This document shows, piece by piece, positions 21,270 through 30,532 of a stretch of DNA of 64,000 bases. Source of the stretch: an uncultured archaeon (GTDB lineage: Archaea > Asgardarchaeota > Lokiarchaeia > Sigyniarchaeales > SOKP01); the NCBI GenBank assembly GCA_964486045.1, contig CAZALK010000001.1:128001-192000 (forward strand), given 5' to 3'. Numbering within the stretch: position 1 is the first letter of the stretch; each line of letters begins with the position of its first letter. Under the pieces are notes generated by a model. That model did no database searches, was not told the DNA's origin, and saw nothing but the letters and a program-made list of their open reading frames with translations. A program made the position numbers and the translations under genes.

Positions 21270-21454
21270 CTTTTTAATTGGTATATTTTAAATTATGTAA
21301 TTAGAATAATAGAACTAGATATTTATAATATTATTGCAACAAAAAACATGAAAATTAAAAAGTTGCAAAATGAGATTTTAAAATAATACTTTTCAACTGT
21401 GATGTTGAATTAGATAGAAGAAATTTTAAAGTTCATTAAGTAGTATAACACATT

Positions 21455-23806
21455 TTATGCCTCTGGTATCAACACAATAAAATTACTTCCTTTGGAGGAA
21501 TCTCCCTTAACTTTATTCTCAACCCAGATTTCACTATTATAGCTATCTATGATTTTTTTTACTAGGGATAATCCAAGACCCATTCCCTTACTTCTCTTAT
21601 CTTTCCTTATTCCTTTTTCAAAAATACTTTTCTTACGATAATCCGAGATACCTATGCCATTATCTTTAAATTCTACTTTTATGAAATTTCCATTTTCTCT
21701 ACTCTCCATGGAGATGTCAATAAAGATCTCAATTTTTGGATTTTCATTATGCTCTACAGCATTAATAAGTATATTTTCAAAAACATCTAGTAAAAAACTA
21801 TTGGCTTTTCCATTTTTTTTTTTACCATTATTGTTAACTTGTATATCTATTTCTCTTGTTTGGTAATTCATTTTAAGAATCTCAATTGCTTTTTCAAGAT
21901 ATTTGCTAATGTAAATTTTTTCTAATTGAATTTCAGATTCGTCAATTTCGGTTATCTTTCGAATGTTATTAATTAATTTTTGCCCTCTTGTAACCTGTTC
22001 ACTAGTAATTTCGTTTAACTCTTTTACCGTATGTAATTTCTGAGGATTATTTATATAGAGGGAGCTGAGCTCCGCGGAAGAATTAATATTTTGAAGGATG
22101 TTATTCAGATCATGAGCAAAGACATCTCGATAAAGATTAGCCTGATAATAAGCTTTCCGATATTTCTCCTCAGAATCACTTAATTTTTTTGTTCTTTCTT
22201 TAACTCGGAGTTCCAATTCTTCGTTTAATTTTTTTAAGTTTTCCTCTGATTTTTTTAATTTCTGTTCAGAAATTTTTCGCTCAGATATGTCCTCAATCAT
22301 CCCTAAACCATAAAGAACATTTCCATCCTTATCTCTAATTATCGAACTTGTAAGATTACCCCATAAAATTTCATTATTTTTTTTGAAATAACGTTTTTCC
22401 AATGTGAAGAATGATATATCTCCTCTAATTATTTGTTCCAATAGCTCGAGATCATTATAATCATCTTCAGGGTGAGTTATATCTTGAATTTTAAGAGCAG
22501 TAAGCTCTTCTTCTGTATAACCCAACATGGTACATAACATAGTGTTAACCTTTGATAGTGAAAAATCATCTAAATTTATAATCGCCATTCCTAAAGGACC
22601 CTCTTCGAAAATCTTCCGAAATCGTTCTTCAGATTCCTCTAACTTTTTTTCTCCTAGTCGTCTTTCGGTTATATCGTTAACTTGATTTAAATAATATTTA
22701 ACAGATTCTTTATCTTCAGAGTAAATTGGACTAATCATGGCATCAAAATACAAAGAACCAGTTTTCCCAGCTCTCAAGGTTTCTTCAACTTTTTTAAAGT
22801 CGTAAAGAACTTCGAATTTAACAGTTTCACCTTTTAAAATTCTTGTCTTAATATCCCTGGGCATATTTGGATCATCAAGAATATCAAAACCTTTTAGTTG
22901 TTCAACATCTGTTATGTTAATTAAATTGAGACAAGCTTTATTTGCATCAACGAGTTTGCCATCAGAGTCATAAAGAGTTATTGAATTTGGTGACTCCATG
23001 AAAATGCTTTTAAATCTTAATTCTGAATCGAAAAGCTTTTGTTGTACCATAATGCGCTCAGTAACATCATGATTAATTGTAACCATCCCTTTTGGATTAC
23101 CTTCGTCATCCTTGATAATAATTGAGGCTGATAAAATATTAATTAGAGTTCCATTTTTATGGTACTGAATTACTTCACCTTTCCATACCCCTTTTTCAAA
23201 GAATTCTTTTTCCACCTCTTCACGAGTCTCATATATAAACTCTACAGGAATAATCTCGTCGATAGTTTTTCCAATTGCTTCATTCTTCTTATATCCATAT
23301 ATTTCCTCTGCAGTTTTATTCCAACTCGAGATTTTATAATCTAAACCAAGATAAAATATCGCACTTTGAGCGTTTTCGACTAAAAGTTGAGATTCTTCTA
23401 AGGATGTCTGTAATGCTTTTTCTATTTCTTTTTGTTCCGTAACATCATCGAAGATTGCTACGATGTGACCTGAAGGGAGTTTAAAAACGTAATTTTGTAC
23501 CCATATTGTAATTCTTTCATCACTATACATACTTGTAGGATGAGTTTCAGCACTTCCGGTTTTCCAGACTCTTTGAAATACTTCAAATAAGCCAAACTCT
23601 TTAACTCCTGGGAAAACTTCAGTTAACATTTTTCCAATTATGTCGTCTCGTTTAATATTGCTTATTTTCTCACCAGCATTGTTAAATTCCTTGATAACAA
23701 AATCCTCTCCATCATTAAGCACTTCATATATCCCCACACCACTACTCATATTATCAAAAAGCTCTTTGAATAAATTTTCTGACCCAAAAATTGATGCTTC
23801 AGTCAT
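21455..23806 (-). CDS. Multi-PAS sensor histidine kinase (4 PAS)
   Basis: Four PAS repeats, AHDLNNILQ, NILINAVEH, DNGIGI, GMGLGL; close paralogue of 10826..12778. Confidence 0.93.
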   Translation of the reverse strand: MTEASIFGSENLFKELFDNMSSGVGIYEVLNDGEDFVIKEFNNAGEKISNIKRDDIIGKMLTEVFPGVKEFGLFEVFQRVWKTGSAETHPTSMYSDERITIWVQNYVFKLPSGHIVAIFDDVTEQKEIEKALQTSLEESQLLVENAQSAIFYLGLDYKISSWNKTAEEIYGYKKNEAIGKTIDEIIPVEFIYETREEVEKEFFEKGVWKGEVIQYHKNGTLINILSASIIIKDDEGNPKGMVTINHDVTERIMVQQKLFDSELRFKSIFMESPNSITLYDSDGKLVDANKACLNLINITDVEQLKGFDILDDPNMPRDIKTRILKGETVKFEVLYDFKKVEETLRAGKTGSLYFDAMISPIYSEDKESVKYYLNQVNDITERRLGEKKLEESEERFRKIFEEGPLGMAIINLDDFSLSKVNTMLCTMLGYTEEELTALKIQDITHPEDDYNDLELLEQIIRGDISFFTLEKRYFKKNNEILWGNLTSSIIRDKDGNVLYGLGMIEDISERKISEQKLKKSEENLKKLNEELELRVKERTKKLSDSEEKYRKAYYQANLYRDVFAHDLNNILQNINSSAELSSLYINNPQKLHTVKELNEITSEQVTRGQKLINNIRKITEIDESEIQLEKIYISKYLEKAIEILKMNYQTREIDIQVNNNGKKKNGKANSFLLDVFENILINAVEHNENPKIEIFIDISMESRENGNFIKVEFKDNGIGISDYRKKSIFEKGIRKDKRSKGMGLGLSLVKKIIDSYNSEIWVENKVKGDSSKGSNFIVLIPEA

Positions 23807-24116
23807 GATTTATCATGTTATTTAGCACTTAGATATAATAAATTCGATTTTGTAATGAAGCTAGAACTATCTAATCTTTAACCTCTCATAAAATCACCTA
23901 AATAGTAGGTTAATTGTTTATAAATATTTGGTGTTAAAACCTTAAAAGAGATGATAATATTCACTGCTGTAAATTTTTCAATCAAAGATAAAGATTTAAA
24001 TTTGAGATTGCTGCGAATATTGAGAATTAAATGAAATTAGTGCTAATCCAGAAAAACAAAAGTAAAAATTCACAGTTTAATTCTAACTAATAATACTTGA
24101 ACGAGGCTGTTTTACA

Positions 24117-25142
24117 TTGTTCTTTTCAAATTTTAATTCGGAAATAAATAAAATTGAAGATGTTCATCAAATCAAAATTGATGTTCCATGGTCAGTGAAA
24201 AATGTAAGCGTGTATCTGTTTGACCATAATGGGAGCAAGATTCTTTTTGATTCAGGATTTAAGATGGCAAATTGGAGTAAACTATTTTTCTCAGCCCTCA
24301 GCAATATTGGTATATCAGTACAAGATATTAATTATTGCTTTATATCCCATAATCATACTGATCATGTTGGATTAGCCCCCACATTAAAGAAAAAAAATCC
24401 GAATCTTAAAATTTTAATGCATGATATAACCAATGAAACCCTTAAATGGCAAACTGATGATGAAAAGTTATATGAAATTGAAAAAGAAGCTAGAAAAATC
24501 GCAGATCAAATGATACAGTATGGATTCAACGAAAACCAATCCGAAAGAGCAGTGCAGTTTCTTAGTTATTGGCCCAAATTACGCCAGTACCAAAAACCTG
24601 ATATAATTTTACATGATGGAGATAAAATATTAAACGATTTAGAAATAATTTGGACTCCTGGTCATAGCTTTGGTCATATTTGCTTGTTCAATACAAAAAA
24701 TAAATTCTTATATTGCGGGGATCACATACTGAGCCGAATTACTCCGCATATTGGGAATTATATTATTCCAAAATTTCTCACAGAACAATATAAAGGTTAT
24801 GATTTCAATAATATTCTCCGTCATTATTTGGATTCACTAGACCGTATCGATAATCTTAATCCAAAAATAATATTCCCTGCTCACCAAGATATAATCTATG
24901 AACCTCACAAAAGAATTTCAGAAATCAAAGATCACCATAAAAATAGGTTAACAGAGATATCAAGAGTAATCAAAGACAACCCCCTTACACCGTTAAGAAT
25001 CTCCCAGTTACACTTTGGAGATCTAGATGATACTAATTCATATTTGGCACTTTCTGAAGTGCTTGGTCATTTATTTTTCCTTGAAAATCAAGAATTAGTA
25101 AAATCTGTAGAGAAAAATGGGAAGATATTATATTTTAGTTAG
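24117..25142 (+). CDS. MBL-fold metallo-hydrolase with C-terminal winged helix
   Basis: SHNHTDHVG, TPGHSFGH, GDHIL, PAH motifs. Confidence 0.92.
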   Translation: MFFSNFNSEINKIEDVHQIKIDVPWSVKNVSVYLFDHNGSKILFDSGFKMANWSKLFFSALSNIGISVQDINYCFISHNHTDHVGLAPTLKKKNPNLKILMHDITNETLKWQTDDEKLYEIEKEARKIADQMIQYGFNENQSERAVQFLSYWPKLRQYQKPDIILHDGDKILNDLEIIWTPGHSFGHICLFNTKNKFLYCGDHILSRITPHIGNYIIPKFLTEQYKGYDFNNILRHYLDSLDRIDNLNPKIIFPAHQDIIYEPHKRISEIKDHHKNRLTEISRVIKDNPLTPLRISQLHFGDLDDTNSYLALSEVLGHLFFLENQELVKSVEKNGKILYFS

Positions 25143-25212
25143 AAATATAGAAATAATTATAATCTGAGGAAATTAATTTATACATCAGAAAAATGTTGTA
25201 AAAAGTGGTATT

Positions 25213-25737
25213 TTAAGAGGACTGGGATGACTCTGTTCTTTCAAAAATTGTAGATATTTTTGTATTATATATTTTATAAGTGAATCCTTCAGGAATTTCC
25301 TCATCCAAAATTTTGATGAGATTTTTGATTCTATCGGCTTCAGGTTTGAATGATTCATCATATTTATGAAAGTAAATTGAGACTTCAAAAGAATAACCTA
25401 CTGATTTAACTACAGTTAGTATTTCTCTTAAAAAAACTACAGAAATAAAGTATACGTTTTCATCTTGAATATCAATAACATAAATAATCTCATCCGTTTG
25501 AGCAATATATTTTTTCATGTTTAGTTTATATTTCTTTCGATACTGTTCTTGCCCGCCAAAATCCCATAATAAAAATTCTGATGTCTCATCTTCAAACTTA
25601 GAGATCTCTATTTCTGTTGTAGGGATTAAAGAAGTAAAGGATGATAAGTTTGTAATCTTCTGCATTGAAAGAGATATAGATGTCTTCCCACTATTTGCTA
25701 AACCTAATATTAAGACCTTCTTCTTTTTTTTCTCCAT
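25213..25737 (-). CDS. Small Ras-superfamily GTPase (Arf/Rag-like, Asgard type)
   Basis: GLANSGKTS (G1), PT (G2), WDFGGQ (G3), HKYD (G4). Confidence 0.9.
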   Translation of the reverse strand: MEKKKKKVLILGLANSGKTSISLSMQKITNLSSFTSLIPTTEIEISKFEDETSEFLLWDFGGQEQYRKKYKLNMKKYIAQTDEIIYVIDIQDENVYFISVVFLREILTVVKSVGYSFEVSIYFHKYDESFKPEADRIKNLIKILDEEIPEGFTYKIYNTKISTIFERTESSQSS

Positions 25738-25878
25738 ACAAGTTAATAGGAAAAAAATTATTATTTAAAATCTTATTATAACATAGATTTAAATATGGAA
25801 TAAAGAAGTCTATAAATAGACGGTTTTCATCTTTGGTCTGAAAAAATACCTTCTTTTTAGATTCTAGTTAACTTTTTA

Positions 25879-25932
25879 TTATTTGTTTCTCTTTGGTCTT
25901 CCATGTATCTTAGTGTTAGACCTAGTTCCCAT
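25879..25932 (-). CDS. Possible 17-aa basic micropeptide MGTRSNTKIHGRPKRNK
   Basis: ATG preceded by AGGAG and a TTATAAAT box; ends in TAATAA; lies in a 345-bp gap. Confidence 0.25.
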   Translation of the reverse strand: MGTRSNTKIHGRPKRNK

Positions 25933-26082
25933 AATTAGGATACTCCTAAACTCGATTATTTATAAGAATATATGTGATAGTTTTATTAAAAATTGGGATA
26001 TAAAAGTGTAATAAACTGAATTAATATTTTCTCTTTTCAATAAATATCAGTTCTCTAAAAAAAAATATGAAAAATGAACAGT

Positions 26083-27012
26083 TTAACTCTTTATTACTTC
26101 AATCAATTTAGGAAAAATTCTTGTATAGTGCGCTGCCAAACAATGAACTCCCGCTATCAACCCTTTTGACTTTAATTCGGTTATAAAAGGTTTAAAAAGG
26201 TCATAATTCAATTGGTCATAGGTTTTTTTTTGTTCTTTTTTATCAGAAACGCTTGTTTTAACTCGTTTCCATCTCTCGAGAATATCTTTTGGGACATCTA
26301 CTCCAGAACCAAACGTATCAAATTCCTTTGCTATAGAATAACTTTTAATGGGAAAAATTCCTAGAAATAAAGGTATATTGTATTTTTTAAGTTCCCTTAG
26401 AAATTCGATTGCAATATCTATATTGCAGACTACCTGAGTTTGAACAAATTCTGCCCCGGCTTCAACTTTTCTGCTAATTTTCAATATCTCAGCCTCCATA
26501 GGATCTGAATTAGGATTAGCCGAACTTCCTACATGGAGTTTCGGAGGATGTTTAATTTCATGACCATTGATTGAGCCTGTATCCACCATTTCCCGTACAA
26601 GTTTTATTAGTGTAGCAGAGTCTAAATCAAAGACTGGTTTCGTTTCTGGGCAATCACCTAATGCAGTATGATCACCAGTAAGAGAAAGAATATTATGCAG
26701 TCCTAATGCGTGGGCACCCATTATCTGCCCAGCGATACCAATTTTATTGCAATCTCTAGTTGTTAATTGCCACACACATTCTAATCCTGCTTCTCTTTGA
26801 ATTATATGAGCAGCTACCATTGAATTAATTGTAACATTTGCATGAGTACTATCAGTTACATTTGCAGCAACAACATAAGGTGCCATTTCTCTTGCTTCCT
26901 GAATCAAATTTGAAAGATCACACGTTTTTTCTGGTTCAATTCTACCAGTTAATACAAATTCTCCCTTTTTAATCGACTCTCCTAGTTTAGAAAAGACTTT
27001 TTTCTCTGTCAT
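26083..27012 (-). CDS. metF: Methylenetetrahydrofolate reductase, MetF subunit
   Basis: NVTD, QLTTRDCN, LSLTGD, VFDLDS, KVEAGAEFVQTQ motifs; directly downstream of metV. Confidence 0.9.
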   Translation of the reverse strand: MTEKKVFSKLGESIKKGEFVLTGRIEPEKTCDLSNLIQEAREMAPYVVAANVTDSTHANVTINSMVAAHIIQREAGLECVWQLTTRDCNKIGIAGQIMGAHALGLHNILSLTGDHTALGDCPETKPVFDLDSATLIKLVREMVDTGSINGHEIKHPPKLHVGSSANPNSDPMEAEILKISRKVEAGAEFVQTQVVCNIDIAIEFLRELKKYNIPLFLGIFPIKSYSIAKEFDTFGSGVDVPKDILERWKRVKTSVSDKKEQKKTYDQLNYDLFKPFITELKSKGLIAGVHCLAAHYTRIFPKLIEVIKS

Positions 27013-27018
27013 CAGCCT

Positions 27019-27684
27019 TTACCTCCAAACTACTTCTCGTTGATGACCTGATTCACTCCAGTTGACAGGATTCCTTAATTTAATAAATAAATCTAATCTT
27101 CCTAAGACTTTCAAACGGTTGAAAATTAATACCCATCCACAATCTATTTCAAAATTCCCAACTTCACATTTACCATGAACCATTCCACCACAAGGCCCAT
27201 TCATCAGTGATTTAGCGCAAGTTGTAATTGGACAAATTCCACCAGTCTCGTTTAGCAAACAATCACCACACCCGTTACAACGTTGGTAAAATCTTCCAAT
27301 TCTCTCCGTCATCCCCATAAATTCAGTATTTGTTGCGATAAACACAGGGATATCTGGATGCATTCTAGAAAGTATTTGAGAAATGCTTGCAACACCTAAT
27401 CCACAACTTAATGTTAATATCGCGTTAATATTTTGCAAATCTTCTTCAATTTTTCGAAAATCCTTCATCATCACTCTATTATCGCATACTTCCTCAGAAA
27501 CCATTGTAACTACTACCTCAAACCCTTCTTGCTCTAGTTTTTTGACAATCTCTTTTGCTCCTTCGGTACCTCCCGTTTGACACATAGCCGCACAATTACC
27601 ACAGGAGACCAACCCAATTTTGTTCATATTCTTTAACACGCCTAAAATCTCTTCAAAAGGCTTTTTTGTTGTTATAATAGTCAT
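27019..27684 (-). CDS. metV: MetV (MTHFR C-terminal-like Fe-S/Zn subunit)
   Basis: CGNCAAMCQTGG, SCGLG, CNGCGDCLL..TGGICPITTCAKSLMNGPCGG...CE...CGW. Confidence 0.92.
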   Translation of the reverse strand: MTIITTKKPFEEILGVLKNMNKIGLVSCGNCAAMCQTGGTEGAKEIVKKLEQEGFEVVVTMVSEEVCDNRVMMKDFRKIEEDLQNINAILTLSCGLGVASISQILSRMHPDIPVFIATNTEFMGMTERIGRFYQRCNGCGDCLLNETGGICPITTCAKSLMNGPCGGMVHGKCEVGNFEIDCGWVLIFNRLKVLGRLDLFIKLRNPVNWSESGHQREVVWR

Positions 27685-27840
27685 TTTATTTGTAACAGCG
27701 ATTTTATTAGTTTTGATTATTTTATCAATATTTGAAATTAAAGGATAAATAATTGAATAAACCTATTAAAATTATTAAAAGGTAGCATAACCATGGATTA
27801 AAAAAAAGGGATATAATAGGAAAACTTCTTCTTATATAAT

Positions 27841-27945
27841 CTAATCATACTCGATTTCTCGCAATCGAATCCTTACTTCACGAGGAATCAAAGATTTTCT
27901 TATCATTGTCAAAACATTCACGTATAGAGTTTTCAAATTATCCAT
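27841..27945 (-). CDS. Possible 34-aa small protein or AbrB-like remnant
   Basis: MDNLKTLYVNVLTMIRKSLIPREVRIRLREIEYD; IPREVR resembles the AbrB IPxExR motif. Confidence 0.2.
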   Translation of the reverse strand: MDNLKTLYVNVLTMIRKSLIPREVRIRLREIEYD

Positions 27946-28058
27946 TTTTGCTTGATGAAAAATATGAAATTCGAGTGAAAAAAATCAATATAGTCAAAAA
28001 AATGACTTGCAAAATAGCAAATAATGACTTTTTTTTTTAAAGAAATATTAATCTAATC

Positions 28059-29729
28059 ATGGGAATTGAGAAATATTTACCAACATTAAAACTAGTTAAA
28101 CCAATAGGTGGTTTTCATGGAGTTTCAGCTATTTTCCCCACATTGAAGGATGTAATAGATTATGAGGAGCATAATATTGTAATAAATCATGGTTACCCAC
28201 GATTTGTAACTCATCCAATAGTTAAGATAATTGAAAATAAATATAAAAAAAAATTTGGGGCAATAGGTGCAATTAGTTGTCACAGCTATGAAGCTGCAAT
28301 TTTCTTAGTTGTCGATTACTGTTTCAGACATGGGAATAAGATATATTTTGATAAGGGGGTACCATTAGAGTTTTATAATATGCTTAATGAAAAATTTCCT
28401 AACCTTGTCAAAAGGACTGAAATGGCAGACGCAAATATATTGTTTATCAAAACTCAAGGAAATAAATTCCAAAATGATGCTAAAGGAAAAATTGTTATTG
28501 GTATTTTAGAAGATATCAATTTAGGAGATGACTTAAAAAACTTAGGATTCAACATAATACTTCATCATGATAAGAAACATGATATTGGGATAATATTAAT
28601 TTTTAGCATAAGATATGCTATGTTAGATATTCTACGAAGGCATTGTGGATTCAATGTGAGTTCTCGAAAATTAATTAAGAAATTTAGATCTTCTAGTGAA
28701 TTAACAAAAGGTTATGATTATAATCTAAGAAAAAGAATAGCAGAATTAGAAAAAACATCCCCAGAATTTTGTTTTTTATATTCATCTGGCATGGTAGCAG
28801 TTTTTAGTTCAATTTTATCTTTAATATCCTCAAAAAAAGGCAAAATTATCGCAATCGGCTCATTGTATGTTGATACTCTTAGAATTTTAGAGAGTTGGCT
28901 TGAAAAGTATGACTTACCTAAACCAGTTTTTATTAGAGATAATTTTGTTGAGAATTTAAAAAACTGTATTGATTTGAATACAGCGGGAGTTATTGTCGAG
29001 ATTCCCTCAAATCCTTTAATTCAATTGGTAGATATCGATGAAATTGTGAGGATTTCTCATTCTAAAGGTGCAAAAGTAATAGTTGATAATACTGTTGCTA
29101 CACCATATAATTTTAATCCTTTCCTTTACGATGTTGATATAGTTGTTCATAGTACAACCAAATTTCTTAGTGGAAAAAACAATCATATTGGTGGAGTAGT
29201 CTTAATTAATGAAGAGGAATTGGAGGAAAAATTCGAAAATTTTAGCAAAATTACAAAATTAAAAATGGATTTCAATGATGTTAAAGTCTTATCTCGAAAT
29301 ATTAGGAGATTTGAAGAACGAATGGAAAAAATAAATAATAATAGTGAAATTGTTGCTAACTTCTTGAATAATCATGAATTAATCAAAAGGGTATATTATC
29401 CATCAATAAAAAATGATCAATATCACCTACTTATGAAAAAGTATCTTAAGGGGGGAAGCGGATTATTAAGTTTTGTTTTAAAGGAATCTACTGAGGAGAA
29501 CGCTAAGAAGTTTTACGATAATTTGCTCCCTCCAATTTTGAAGGGTCCAAGCCTAGGTTCTGAAAAAACTTTATTATGTCCGTATGTCATAATGGCTCAT
29601 TATCATGATTCAAAAGAGGAATTAGAACAACTAGGTTTTGATTTTTATTTGATGAGGATGTCTGTAGGAATTGAACCAGTTGATAAAATAATAAGAAGCC
29701 TTGAAAATGGTCTTAAGAATTTAGAGTGA
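28059..29729 (+). CDS. PLP-dependent cystathionine gamma-synthase-like enzyme, long form
   Basis: SSGM, EIPSNP, VDNT, HSTTKFLSG (PLP lysine), GPSLG, RMSVG; N-terminal VIDYEE...GYPRF extension. Confidence 0.88.
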   Translation: MGIEKYLPTLKLVKPIGGFHGVSAIFPTLKDVIDYEEHNIVINHGYPRFVTHPIVKIIENKYKKKFGAIGAISCHSYEAAIFLVVDYCFRHGNKIYFDKGVPLEFYNMLNEKFPNLVKRTEMADANILFIKTQGNKFQNDAKGKIVIGILEDINLGDDLKNLGFNIILHHDKKHDIGIILIFSIRYAMLDILRRHCGFNVSSRKLIKKFRSSSELTKGYDYNLRKRIAELEKTSPEFCFLYSSGMVAVFSSILSLISSKKGKIIAIGSLYVDTLRILESWLEKYDLPKPVFIRDNFVENLKNCIDLNTAGVIVEIPSNPLIQLVDIDEIVRISHSKGAKVIVDNTVATPYNFNPFLYDVDIVVHSTTKFLSGKNNHIGGVVLINEEELEEKFENFSKITKLKMDFNDVKVLSRNIRRFEERMEKINNNSEIVANFLNNHELIKRVYYPSIKNDQYHLLMKKYLKGGSGLLSFVLKESTEENAKKFYDNLLPPILKGPSLGSEKTLLCPYVIMAHYHDSKEELEQLGFDFYLMRMSVGIEPVDKIIRSLENGLKNLE

Positions 29730-29772
29730 TTTAATTAATTAAACAAAAAGGAGTTATAAAAACAGAGACGAA

Positions 29773-30471
29773 ATGGTAGATGTAGAAGAAATTGCTTGGT
29801 CCGTTGAAAAGGATCTTCTCGAAAGAGAGATTATTGTAAAACAACCTTATAGAGATTTGGACAAAAATCAAGATTATTACTTAATATCAACTCCAAACGT
29901 CTTTAAAAAGGATCATATCTTTATTATAGCCTCCGGGCATCCTGAAATTGCCGGAGTTTGGTCAAATACTCTATTAAGTGAAGGGAGAATAGAGGAATCA
30001 AGCATGGAATCCTATTTTAAAGCATTTCATAAAGAAAACTGGGGTTTAGTGGCATTGAATCCACATCTAATTGAGGATGACTTAGTTGGGACAAACTATT
30101 TCAATCAATTAGGAAAAATAATAGAAACATCGAAACCTGAGAGTAAATTCGGATTTATAGGTTTTTCTATGGGTGGTAGGATTATTTATGATTTCTTAAA
30201 TAACAATAAGAGTTTAATAAAGAATGTAATTGCTATTGCTCAAGTAGATCCTGTTATTCAAAGTTTTAATTGGGATAAAATTATCATAAACAATCTCGAA
30301 GACAGAACAATTTTATTTGCATCAAGCACAGACAAATATAGATTTGGGGCTATTGCATCAACAATTTTAAAAATCTCAAGTACTCCGGTAGAGGGTAAAC
30401 ATGGAGCACTTCCAAGTAGATGTTTGGAGAGTATTATCGATTTTTTTAAAACTCAAATCAAAAAATTATAG
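29773..30471 (+). CDS. Alpha/beta-hydrolase-fold protein resembling the Arb2/FAM172A domain
   Basis: AGVWSNTLL...WGLVALNP, GFSMGG, IAIAQVDPV, GKHG...SIIDFF. Confidence 0.75.
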   Translation: MVDVEEIAWSVEKDLLEREIIVKQPYRDLDKNQDYYLISTPNVFKKDHIFIIASGHPEIAGVWSNTLLSEGRIEESSMESYFKAFHKENWGLVALNPHLIEDDLVGTNYFNQLGKIIETSKPESKFGFIGFSMGGRIIYDFLNNNKSLIKNVIAIAQVDPVIQSFNWDKIIINNLEDRTILFASSTDKYRFGAIASTILKISSTPVEGKHGALPSRCLESIIDFFKTQIKKL

Positions 30472-30532
30472 CCCTGGAAGTTATTTATTGAATCTTAGTT
30501 TTCCTTTTAATTTTTTGCATATCATAAATGTT

